Below, one piece after another: positions 1-11,471 of a stretch of 64,000 nt of DNA. The DNA lies in contig OZ316898.1 in NCBI GenBank assembly GCA_973895155.1, positions 14,290,330 through 14,354,329 on the forward strand, read 5' to 3'. The notes below the pieces were generated by a model, which was not told the DNA's origin, searched no databases, and saw nothing but the letters and a program-made list of their open reading frames with translations. The position numbers and the translations under genes are program-made. This stretch comes from Marsupella aquatica (Eukaryota > Plantae > Marchantiophyta). The stretch's first letter is position 1. Each line of letters opens with the position of its first letter.

Positions 1-530
1 ACCCCCCCATCACCTGCGACGTTTTCATGCCTAGACCCCCATACTTATTAAGTTGAAATTTTTTTTTCCTCCCTCTTTCTTTCTTCTAAGAGTCTAAAAT
101 CCAAATTGTATTGCCCCTATAATTTGTGAAGTAAAGTGTCACATATCAATATAAAATGCCTAGAAAGAAAAGATAAGTCTATGTCAGTACCTTGTGAAGT
201 CGTATGTCAGACATGGCACGCCCTGCAACAGTTCTTGCACCTTTGTCGACCTTAAACTTTGATCATTTCAATGCATCATTTATATTGTGTACCTAAAAGG
301 TCATCCCAATATAAACCTTACGTGCATAAGTGGGATGGCCTTTAAGGTCACAACATAAATAATCCATTCCACCCATTGATCACCAATCCCATGCTCCATC
401 CATACTCCATTTAAAACTTATGTTGAGAGATGTAACATGTGACGGAGGGGAATTGAACCCCTAATTGAGAAAGGATCTCAAGTTGCCAATCCGTCACCCC
501 CTATCCTATCCCACTACACCCACTAATATT

Positions 531-610
531 AACAAAATAAAACATATATACAGACTCTCAAAAACTAAACAACAAAATAAAACATATATACAGACTCTCA
601 AAAACTAAAC
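531..610. repeat. 40-bp tandem duplication downstream of the transposase
   Basis: AACAAAATAAAACATATATACAGACTCTCAAAAACTAAAC occurs twice in tandem. Confidence 0.9.
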
Positions 611-623
611 AGTAACATGATAT

Positions 624-3600
624 TCATACCATTGTTTGAAGATACTGATCCAAAGCACGTCTATCTATTGGATCCAACACATAGATACGATCCATAACCC
701 CTTCTTTCATGGTTAAACTAACACTAGCAATGACCATTTCAATATCCATCCATTTCAAATCAGTGGTATCATATCTGAATTCACTTTTGCTCTTACCAAT
801 AGGACTATACCAATTTAACAACAGTTCACAAATGTTACCTGATTGCCCTGCAAGTGGAGTTGGCCTATCCATCAAATCAATTGGTGACCGACAATTGCCC
901 CACCTACTGCCATACTTCTGTCTCATTTGGACAATCCGACCCAACCAAAAATATTTCTTACCTGCTGAGATTGCCTCCACCACAACCTTATTCTTTCCTC
1001 CCTTTCTTTTTCCAGATCTAGTACTTGGAGCAGGACTATCATCAGACTCAAATGCAATTGCACAATCAGTGCCAACATCAACAAAACATGAGTTAGGATT
1101 GACTTCTTGCACTTTTCTCTTGCCAGTACTATAGTATAGCACTTGTTTCACCCTTGTCAGCCTATCTTTTGACAAATGCGGATTTCCTACCAACTGGCTT
1201 ACCAGAGTGGATTTGTAAATCACCTTGCCTTCATAAGTAACAGTAGGCACTACCTTGGTACGATTCTGTACATTAGTTACAGCATGGACAACTGATCCAA
1301 ACACATGCCGAACTTCATGACCTAATGTCTCAAGCTCATCTGAGGGGTCTACATCAAACTGTATATCATCTCTGTGTACATCATCTGAATGCATCTCAGG
1401 AACAACAATGGGATCTGGTTCTGTTAACCATGCATCTATTCTATTCAGATCATCCTCAGGATCTTCCAATTCATGAAAATCTCCAGTTGGGCGAGGACCT
1501 ATGTCTGGTGGTTGGTGCTCTACTTGCTCCTCAGAATCATTGCAAACAATTGCTTCCTTCAGAACCACCTCTAGTGGCCAGGTCTCACTTTCCACAACCC
1601 AAGGACATGTCCACCATCTCTTTCTAGCTGCTGGTAAGGAACTTCGTGGAGACATCTGCAATTGATGCATAAGATCCTTAGCAGCAACAAAACCTTCTTT
1701 AAGGGCTGCAACCACTAATTCATTAGTCTCAATGAGAGAATAGTCAAGTAGATTTGGTGCTTCCTCCCCTTCCCCTATAGGATGAATCTTCCCCCATACA
1801 TGATCTTGTTTCTTATGTGAACGACCTATCTTCAAGCCTTCTGGTCCATATTCTAGGGCAGCAAGCCGGTTCAGTCCAACAGCACTATCCAATAGAGAGC
1901 CAAAATCATAATTCCGCTCATGGCCACTCATGCCTCCTACCTTGCTAAAGAAAATCTCACAACAATCTGAACCTAGCAAGTGGAAGGGAACACCTAGATG
2001 TGGGAACTTATCTCGAAAGGCACAAATTAACAGCACAATGAAATGACATGACATGTTAACATCATGAAAAGCCTGAATAGACATCATGTCTTTCTCAGTG
2101 TGTGCTGCAAAGTTCCCACCCACTGAATGGTCACCAAACCTCAACCACAATCTCCACAAACGTAGAAAGAATGAAACCTTGGATGCTAACACAATACGGG
2201 ACCTCAAATCATGAACTGGAGAAAAGAAAATATCTAAGTAATCTGCACAAATCTCCAAGTACAACTGAGTTCCTAAACTTCGTTCATGTTGTACATCTCT
2301 CCTCTCATACATATCTTTCAGACATTGCTGCACTCTTCTTGCTGCTATTCGTTGTGGACCTGCCCAATTCTGCCGGTCAGTCCTATTCACATCATCCCAA
2401 GCCATGCCATGTTCATGAATTGGATAATGATTGTAGACATTAGCTACATAAGATAAAGATGCATGTTGATCTCCTAGCACCAGTAAAGAAGACACTCTGT
2501 CTAAGGGGTTTATCATCTTTTTCCCATTATGAGGTTGGTCTTGGTCACCAAAGCCATACAAATCTCCATTTGGTAGAATTGAAACAGAGTATGTCCACCC
2601 TTCCCACCCAACTCCGTACCTTGGGTATGATCCATTCTGCCCTCTGTAATCTTCCAGCATCAGCTTTCGGCGACGTGCATCACCATCACTAGCATGTCCA
2701 AGCAAAGGGCCTACCATAGCTCTACAATATTCATCCCAAAAAGCCTTTAACTGGACCCAATGCTCTCGTACCCAAGAAGCTGTGAACTTATTACAAGTTG
2801 GAAGTGCACACACAGCCAATTTAGGTAAGGACTCATGCAGAGGATTCACAATCACAACTCGGGCATACATGCACTTGGGGCATTGTTCAAATGTACTTAC
2901 AATTTTATCATACCCCTCATCACCTTCACCAACTAGAATTTCCAAACCATAGGAGCATACATGCTGCTCTGAAGGTCCACAGAAACCAATGAGAGTATCA
3001 TACTTTGCCTCCCACCTGAAACACAGACATGCAATTTTTCAATATCACAGCAATTCCAGCCAAGTGCTACTTGTAAAGTCATTAAAAAAACAATTGGAAA
3101 AATGTCCAGTTCCAATTACCTAGGGCGTTCTTTGATCCTTGTTTCATCCTCAGCAAAGATAACAGGCACATCCCCCTCAATGCCCAATGAGTGCTTTGCA
3201 GCAGACAACACTCTAGCAATCTCCTGAAAGGTTTCCTTCCGTAACCCGGTTCGAAAAGGTGTGAGTTTTGCTCTATCACGTTTTAGGGTCACAAGGCTAG
3301 GGGCTGTCAAGTTTCGTGCAAAACAATGAGCAACTTGACGGCCCCCAAATTGGAACATAGCCTGAGCAATAGCTCGAGTCCTATTACTGTAACGATTACC
3401 TTTTGGCTTCCTGCCTAAATTGCGAGCTACATCCTTCAAGAAATCCCACAAACCCTCCTTACCACCAAATGCACCATTCCTGTGTCCATTCAAAATACTC
3501 CTAAGAAACAATCTCAAATCCTTCCTGTCTGCTGCAACTCCTAACAACTCCTCTAGTTTTCGTTTCCTGGTGCTCAAGGCACATACTTTCTGAGCCTGCA

Positions 3601-5200
3601 AAGCTAACAACCAACGCTCTTTTCGTCGCACAGAGTTCAGGTTGTGCACTTGATCTCTTAACTCTGTGTTGGTCAAATAATCCAAACGTATACCACCAGC
3701 AGTGGTTCGGCTCCCTCTGTGGACTACTGCTTCCGCTTCCCTGTGCACCCGTCCACGAAAATCATCTTCTAGTGTTATAGAATCACATTCACTACAAGTT
3801 AGATTTTCAAATCCTCCTCCATTCTGTGATAACCTCAAGCAATCCTTGTGTCTAAAACAGCCTGCTATACTCACAACACTCTCTCTACTTGGATGGAAAA
3901 CATCCAAGCAACAACTTGGCTCACAATGCCATGTAATTCCCCCAGACTGATCATCTAAAATGCCAGAAATATCATAAGATATACCCTTCCATAACAGTCG
4001 AGGCACACCTCTCTCTACCCATAATCCCCAGCAAAGCAAACTCAGACCAAGATCAACAGATTCACACACACCTGAACCTGAACCTGAACTGCTGCCTGTC
4101 CGGGACCCATCATCTTTAAAGAACTTCAAAATCCCGCTCTGACCAGGATGTAGGTCCCTAGAATCAGTCCTCTTTGGCCTGCCCCTCTTCCCAGACCTCA
4201 AGGCAAGCATTTTTGTGTCATGCCTAGTCTCCAATGCATCCAAGTGATCTCGACTCACTAAGTGTGTCCTCAAATTGGGCTCCAAGGTAAGCTTCTTGGG
4301 GCACAAGTCAGTGTGAAGCATTCCACAGACAGTACATCGAACCTTAAACAGGAAAGACCTGTTTACATACTCAGGAGTACTGGGATCAGGAACAATAGAG
4401 AATAGTTTGCCATCATCCCCAAGCTCAGCATTCAATCGTTGAACTATCTCAACACCTACTTTGATGGCGTCTGCATGATCATATTCTGGCTTCTCAGAGA
4501 TGTCTGCTACCTGAACCAAAGTAGAAGGAATGCCCCTTCTCCGACAATAGTTATCCTTGTGCTTATTGAAGACCAAGTGTTTGGTCTTAAAATTACTAAA
4601 GCAATTGGAGATGGATTTAGGGTTCTGAGAGTTGTCTGCATTGCCATAAGTTTCCCTACATTCAAGACACTCCAGATGCCCTCGAACATCTGTCCCCTCA
4701 TCCCAGGTACGAATTCTCCAATTGTGATCACCATAACCCTTCTTATGTACCCATTTCTCTAACCTCATCCACTCATCTTTCCATAGCTTTGATGGGACAT
4801 CTCCCATCAATTGTGACTCAAAAGAAGCCCTTACAGGGGAGGGTGCTAGTGCCGTTGGCCCCAGTTGTGGTGTCCCAGTATTTGGACCCAATGATGCAGG
4901 AGTGCAAGGATGACAGGGTACTGGTGGGATCCTCCCACCATCTCCAAGTTCTTGTTGTACAACAATAACTCTTCCATCCAGCTCAGACAGATCAATTAAT
5001 TTCTCATGTACAAGTTTCACTCGACCAGGAAGTCTCTCATCCCAAAAATCAAAGTCAAAGTCTAGAGTAGAGGCAATACGAGCCCTAAAATCATGTAGGG
5101 TGTGTCCTTCTTTGAATGACAAAACACAAATTGGTAAATCAGCCTTGTCATCCCCAACTTTGCGTATTAATTTAACAGAGTTGGGTTTAGGGGCTGCCAT
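624..5200 (-). CDS. P-element/THAP9-like DDE transposase, 2 exons (5200-3120, 3015-624), 1490 aa, apparently intact
   Basis: A GT..AG intron at 3119-3016 (104 bp) joins the 694-aa and 773-aa ORFs in frame, giving VIFAEDETRIKERPR-WEAKYDTLIGFCG. P-type motifs follow in order: DET, ASDGD, QDQPHNGKK..N (D-x2-H), DRQN, LGSDCCEIFFS. The N-terminal half has C2H2-like fingers (CLEC..H..H, CTVC..H..H). Confidence 0.85.
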
Positions 5201-5695
5201 TGCAATACAAATCTAGAACATGCATAGCACCATTGCTTTTGGAGTTGATAACAGAAAGACCTGCACAAATACATTTGAAATACACACAAGGGAAACACAT
5301 TAGGATCTTCAAGAGATGCAATGACAACATACACATTCTCATGTAATGTACATAATGTCAGCATACATTTAACAATAGAAGTGCTAATAGGCCAAAACAC
5401 TTTATAATGCAATCCATCATACATGCAAATGTATTCAGTGAAAATCATGATATACCGCTAAAGTTGGATAAAATATCTTTGGACAAAATATCCTTTTCGC
5501 CTGCTTTTCTAACAATTCCCGAAGTTTAGTGCTTCTGCTCATCAAAATGCAGCACTATTAGTGACCTTAATTATGACAAAATGTCAACACTAATAAAATT
5601 GGGTACTACCACCCATGATGCACCTTAAGTATGTGCCTTGCTCATACCCCACTAAGACGTTGAAACCTAAGTAATAGGTTTGTTCATTATTCAGA

Positions 5696-6370
5696 TCATT
5701 GGAGCCATGAAATGTGGTCCCTGATTGGAGTCTTGAGGTGTGGATCAATAGGATGACGGGGGCAATAAAACATCTGTCGCTGTTGTCCATGTGCTTCATG
5801 GTCCCAGATGTCCCTATCATGAGCGAACCCTTTGCTTTTGATCATCTGGAGACAATCTGTATGCCAGGCATTTGGACATCGTAGACATTGTACCATGTTC
5901 TTGACCATCTGACCCTCAAGACTCTGATAACATGTCACACATGTATGCAGTGGGCAGGACTTTGCATCAGCTACCAAACACCCAAAGCAATAAAATCGTA
6001 CACAAAAACGATCAGAGCATTTTCGCACAATTGTAGGTGACGGTCCCACAGTGCGGCACCCATAACACATGGCCTGGTCCTGGTTACAATTTGGGCAAAA
6101 CCATGGCTTCCCTCCATGATGGAGGGGAAGGACTACACAGGGGCAAGAGTCATTAGGGGCTTCATCTCCAACCACATAATGAAATTGCCTGTGACATGGC
6201 CCATCACAAATTACCAACTTCCCACCATGCTCACAAATTGCACAAACATGAGGGCTAGTTTGTAGAATCTCTTGCTCAGAGAACAACGGAATACGCAATA
6301 CCTCTTCCAAAGAGGCTCCTCTGTCAGAGGACTGTGTTGCTTTCTTTATGTTTGAAGTCCTTGTCGGCAT
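5696..6370 (-). CDS. EDM2-like composite (tandem) PHD-finger protein, 224 aa, transposon cargo
   Basis: Motifs CAICEHGGKLVICDGPCHRQFH, WFCPNC..CYGC, CPLHTCVTC, QCLRCPNAWHTDCL and YCPRHPIDPHLKTPIRDHI follow the order and spacing of the EDM2/NSD-type composite PHD region. Confidence 0.8.
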   Translation of the reverse strand: MPTRTSNIKKATQSSDRGASLEEVLRIPLFSEQEILQTSPHVCAICEHGGKLVICDGPCHRQFHYVVGDEAPNDSCPCVVLPLHHGGKPWFCPNCNQDQAMCYGCRTVGPSPTIVRKCSDRFCVRFYCFGCLVADAKSCPLHTCVTCYQSLEGQMVKNMVQCLRCPNAWHTDCLQMIKSKGFAHDRDIWDHEAHGQQRQMFYCPRHPIDPHLKTPIRDHISWLQ

Positions 6371-6686
6371 GGTTCAACTGCAATCATCACAAAGCACATC
6401 ACATATGAGGGGGACATGATGATAGTGAGCAATCCATAGACAAAGATAAGGTTAATCATAGCACCTGCTCCAATGATCTGCAAACCTCCCTCCCAGATGA
6501 AGTCAACTACACAGTGCAACCTGAACACCCACCAACCAAGACATACATAAATACAATGCCAGCTTGCAAAACTTTGCCACATAATGGGAATGAAAAATAT
6601 TCTCATATATCATGGATGGTACAATTGCAGCCTTGCAAACAAAGGCCTAGTCATATATGAACAACGCATCCATGTACTATCAAGGA

Positions 6687-7085
6687 CTACAATGTCAAGC
6701 ATCCATGGGTTGTAACCTTAGCTTGATCTGATATACTATCTGGGGCTACAATATCAAGCTCAGTTGAATGTGGAATACTATCAGGGACTACAATGTCAAG
6801 CGTGTCCGGGATGACAATCTTGCGTAAAAGACACTCATTTTGAGGCCAAATGGTTGGCCTTATACAAGAGCACTTCCAACGACGTGTGACAACTTTGCCA
6901 TGCTTTCCCATGTATGTCCTAGTAACAAGCCTTCCACGCATTTTCAAGCAGAAGCAATGGAACCATTCAAAATTCCCATCACCAACCCTGCACTTGACAC
7001 AAGGTTCACACCAGCAGCATTCATCTGGATGCTGCAGAAGGAGCTTCTCATAATTCGCTTCTAATGTAATGCCCAATATAGCCAT
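6687..7085 (-). CDS. Small Cys-rich protein, possible degenerate ING-type PHD finger
   Basis: CCWCEPCVKC...FEWFHCFCL...RWKCSC resembles the EWFH-x2-C...W-x-C signature of PHD fingers. Confidence 0.4.
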   Translation of the reverse strand: MAILGITLEANYEKLLLQHPDECCWCEPCVKCRVGDGNFEWFHCFCLKMRGRLVTRTYMGKHGKVVTRRWKCSCIRPTIWPQNECLLRKIVIPDTLDIVVPDSIPHSTELDIVAPDSISDQAKVTTHGCLTL

Positions 7086-8319
7086 GGCACTATTTTTTTA
7101 TACTCGGTGAATGGCCAGACGATTAGACGTGCAATGACAGGCAACTTACAATTCACTAGGTACACTATGTGTTCTAGCAAACTGCTTCACCGCAAGTGTT
7201 GGTGCTCACTGCTGCAAGCGCTGATGACAACCTCTACAATTCCTTTTGCAACCTGTGAACAAAATTGAAACCACCATTCAATTTCTAAGTTTCAAAAACT
7301 TCCCATTACATGAAGACAACCAATTGGCCATGCATGTTACTACAGCAATAAAATAATAACCCAATCGCTCAACAGACCTGAATAGCTAACCTGAATAGGA
7401 TCAAGTTCAGAATCCAGAATGGTAATGCCCTTGCCCAGAAGCTTGAGAAACAAAAGAGAATTTAAAATCAAGCACGAGCGTCATCCACGTCTTGACCAGG
7501 CCCGCCACCCAGTATGGCTGGAGGCTGTGGTCCCCCCTGGCTGAGTAAACACTTAAAGAAGTCTTCTCTTCTAGATGACTTAAAGAAAATTGCAGGAACC
7601 AGCCAACGGGACACCAAGGCATGTAATAGAGAACCAGATTTGTGCGGGTGTGTGGGGGACGACAGAAGTCAAGTTACATGATTTTTTTCCTGGGGTCCAG
7701 CCCATGGATGGAGATCATGTAAGGTGGTCAATCATGGCAAGTGCAATCATTGGAGACCTGTACTCGCGGTTACTCTAACGATGCATCCAAAAAACATGTG
7801 CGTCAAGTCGTCGATGCGGACACAGAAGGAGAGATGAGTATGGACAACGTCGAGACAAATGACGACAATACTGAGCTAGTATTCGGCTGGGAAGTTGGAG
7901 CTGGATCTCAGCAGTGGCTCCAAACCTTATCTGCGAGGGCATGGCGAGCTCTGGAGGACAAAATACTCAAAGAGCTTATCGCCATTCACGGAGCTCAGAA
8001 CAGGAATTTTATAGTTGAAAAGCTAAACGGGCAGATCAGGTGCTTCCTCGTCTATGACCGCTACCAGATCGACTCTAGGTGTGCCATGCGTGATAGATTT
8101 GGGCGTCAAATAGTAGCAAGCAAGCAAGTACGATCGTCAAAGTAGGCAGCGCCTACCTCCCGATTGAGCAACGCAGCAATGCAGCTCCAATCCTGGCACT
8201 CCGGTTTGAGATATCGCAACACTCCCTGCAGTAGCCACCTCCCGTTTCAGCAAGCTAGCAGCTCCCGTTTTAGAAAGCAGCAATGCAACACTCTCGACAC
8301 CCACCTCCCGGAGCGCAAC

Positions 8320-9180
8320 ACTCTTGCTCGATCCTTCACTCCCGGGTTCACTTCAAGCAGCAGCGCAGCTACAAAGTCTCGCTCTCCCCTTCACTCCCGG
8401 GTTCACTTCAAGCAGCAGCGCAGCTGCAAAGTGTCGCTCTCCCCTTCACTCTAATCAGCACACGCAACTGAGAAGTCTCGCTCTCTCCTTCACTCTAATC
8501 AGCGCACGCAACTGAGAAGTCTCGCTCTCCCCTTCACTCTAAGCAGCAGCGCAGCTGAGATGTCTCGCTCTCCCCTTCACTCTAAACAGCAGCGCAGCCA
8601 GGAACTCTTGGTCGATCCTTCACTTCAAGCAGCAACGGCAACAGCACAGCCGAGAGCGCAACACTCTCGCTCTCCCCTTCACTCCAAGTAGCAGCGCTTC
8701 ACTCGATCCTTCGCTCGATCCTTCGCCGAGAACTCTCGCTCTCCCCTTCACTCTCGCTCTCCCCTTCACTCCTTCGCTCGATCCTTCGCCGAGAACTCTT
8801 GCTTGATCTTTCACTCCAGCCGCAGCAGCAACGCAGCTCGATCCTTCTCTGAGAAATCTTGCTTGATCCTTCACTCCAGCCGCAGCAGCAACGCAGCTCG
8901 ATCCTTCACTCCAGCCGCAGCTCGATCCTTCACTCCAGCCGCAGCTCGATCCTTCACTCCAGCCGCAGCTCGATCCTTCACTCCAGCCGCAGCAGCAACG
9001 CAGCTCGATCCTTCACTCCAGCCGCAGCAGCAGTGCAGTCGAGAGCACAACAGGAGTCGATCCTTCACTCCAGCAACAGTGTAGTCGAGAGCACACTCTC
9101 GCTCGATCCAACCTTCACTCCAAGTGCAGTCGAGAGCACACTCTCGCTCGATCCGACCTTCACTCCAAGCAGGAGCACAA
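8320..9180. repeat. Subterminal minisatellite array (core GCTCGATCCTTCACTCCAGCCGCA, 24 bp, plus related 40-60 bp units)
   Basis: Directly visible tandem units built on (C)CTTCACTC and GCAGCAGC motifs. Confidence 0.9.
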
Positions 9181-10019
9181 CTGGTTTAGACCCCGTTTAG
9201 GCCATTTGCTGCAAGGTACAAACAAAAGAGACTCTGTTGAGGCAAAGAGCGGGTGGGGCCAAAGGGATAGTGGAGGGAAACGACACGGGAGGGACTGACA
9301 AGGGCCAATTGAGGTAAACGAGACACGTTAAACAGAAAAATTTCAAACTTAATCCCGGTCAAACCCTAAACGTGAGTCCCCATAAAACCAGATCATTCTC
9401 AAATTCTTGCCATGTTAACATCTTAGAAAAATTAGGAAAATATATTGGGAATGTTATGTGTGCCACGTGTACCAATGACATAGTGACACGTGTACTTTAC
9501 ATAGTCCGACACAAAGACCCCCTAACTTCTTTGTATGCCTTCCATCTACAAAGTCAAAAATATTAATATCCCTATTATTCTTACAAGTTGTCCAACATAT
9601 AAAGTTGGCCCTATTGTTCTTACACAAATCTTCTTAAGTCTTCCGAGAAACCCAATTAACGGACCCTATACTTCGTCGCACGTGATATGAGATTTTCGCG
9701 GAGTGAGACCCCCGAGAGTTTGCTTGACCTTTCGCTTGCTACTTTCTTCTGATGTATTATTTTGCTGACATTTGAATAGGAGGAAGGCGATGCTCTGAAG
9801 AAACAGTGGGAGGACGTTGTTGCCTGGCTAAATGTTTGGATTGAGCTCATTGTGGAGGTCACAATTGTCTGTACACATTGCGAAGGTCTGTATATGTACA
9901 TTGCTATTTTGTTGCATTCATAATCATTGCTTCAATTTGTAATGTGCTTCAACATCGTTGCCTTAATGTTTGTTGGTGCCTCACATTCATTCCTGCATTC
10001 ATTCCGTCCCGGTTGTGGA

Positions 10020-10470
10020 ATAGGGTTGACTATGGATCGCGAGGCCGGGAGGACTACTGGGTGTGCAAGTTTGGAGCTCCATCTCTTTGTGGGAAATTGT
10101 AGGACTATTGTTGTGCAGCGCTACTGCAACATTGGAGCTCTAGTGGATTGTGCCGGAGGAGGCCGAGAGGACTGTTGGTGCAAGTTTGGAGGCTCCCCAT
10201 TTTCTTTGTGAGAAATCAAAGGTCGATTGCTGTGCGCTGCCGCCATTTTGGATCTTTAGTCGACTGTGGAGGTCGGGAGGAGTATTGTTGCTGCGAGTTT
10301 GGAGCTCCATTTTCTTCATGAGAAATTGGAGGATTGTTGTTTGCTGCCACAACCTGGATCTCTAGTTGACTGTGGAGGCCGAGAGGACTGCTATTGCCAC
10401 AAGTTTGGAGGTTGGGAGGACTGCTATTGTCGCGAGTTTGAAGGACTGTTTGGAGGTCGGAATGACTGCG
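10020..10470. repeat. Degenerate tandem repeats (GAGGACTG..GCAAGTTTGGAG units)
   Basis: Recurring GGAGGCCGAGAGGACTG and AGTTTGGAGCTCCAT motifs. Confidence 0.65.
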
Positions 10471-10962
10471 CAAGTTCAAGAGCCTGTCATTCAAGACGTT
10501 CGCTACTGCTAGTCAACTTTGAGCAGTGAAGGTTAGTGGTCTATTGCCTAATATTTTCACGCTGTGGTGCGTCCCATGGCTCCCTAAACCCAAGAAACCC
10601 CCCAGCTCAAGCCGATTCCCGCAGGTTTCGTGCTTGGCGAGGCCGTTTCCGCGGCTTAGCGGCATGGGACGCTGCTAACCTTCTACTACTACTATTAACA
10701 TTTTACACACATATACTGGACAGATCCTTCATCGGGTCATGAGATACGTAGCCGGCCTAATATAGGCCTTCCCCTGTCTTCCCCTGTCTTCTTGTTAGGT
10801 ATGTTTGGATTCCGCCGCCGGAATGATCCCCAATAGGCTTGGTTAAGCCGCTAAGACCTCTCTCAGCTCGACACATCCAACTCTCACTCCCCTGCTTACT
10901 TTCCTTCCTTCTGTTGATGTGGGCACTCTTCACACAAGTTAATGCGACACACAAATAGCAAA

Positions 10963-10985
10963 ATGACTCATTCTGACTGAGTCAT
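10963..10985. promoter_or_regulatory. Inverted pair of TGACTCA (GCN4/AP-1-like) motifs in the LTR
   Basis: ATGACTCA-ttctgac-TGAGTCAT is present in all four LTR copies, ~200 bp upstream (minus strand) of a TATA-like CCTATATTAGG near 10760. Confidence 0.4.
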
Positions 10986-11471
10986 ACCATGCACTTGCCA
11001 TACAAACAGTACATCTCATACACAAGTTCTGCGAACTAAGCCGTGAGGCCAACTCTATTCAGCTCTTAGGCATGAGGAAACATGAATATACACAAGGGTC
11101 ACTGTATGACTAACCGAGAGCTTCTCATACTACTTGATCCCAGCCCGGCTGGTGCAAACTAAAAACTTGCTAAAGAGGCCCTGAGCTCCCCGTTGCCCAG
11201 GTACTTATCCTGGTAGTGGATCCGCCATTCTTTGCATCGTAAGCCTAATCTACTTAACAGTAATCTACTTGCCCGAATCTACCTATGTACAGCAAGGCAG
11301 GAGCACAAGTGTTGCTCCTACCAGTGGGACCGCAATCCCACTAAGCTAAGTGTCAGGGCCGCTCCTGGTTCTGATCCTAATCCTAAACGTGGAGATCCGC
11401 GCCCGCCCTGCCCACTCACGCCTCCTCCCTCCACGTCCGCCCTCCCTAAAAGGAACGGCGCCCTTGCACCG

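Larger units (their letters stand above)
1..9716 (-). mobile_element. P-element-like DNA transposon, copy 1 (left TIR predicted ~23 bp before the window start)
   Basis: The right end GTGAGACCCCCGAG (9703-9716) and ~110 bp inside it are the reverse complement of the left end of the MITE at 62349. Positions 1-42 match the reverse complement of the MITE's right subterminal region (62583-62623). The element contains a P-like transposase. Confidence 0.85.

Noticed and set aside
2946-3118. Stop/frameshift making the transposase a pseudogene
   Set aside because: Explained by a canonical 104-bp intron that restores the frame and a conserved-looking motif.
7590-8145. Plus-strand ORFs in P-like copy 1
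   Set aside because: No recognisable motif, and the weak resemblance to 25896-26180 is in the wrong relative orientation.
8320-9180. CRISPR-like array
   Set aside because: The units are contiguous degenerate tandem repeats without unique spacers, there are no cas genes, and the context is eukaryotic.
1-9716. hAT classification based on the 8-bp TSD
   Set aside because: No BED finger, C-x2-H/RW or hAT dimerisation motifs are visible, whereas D-x2-H and D..E.FFS fit P-like enzymes.
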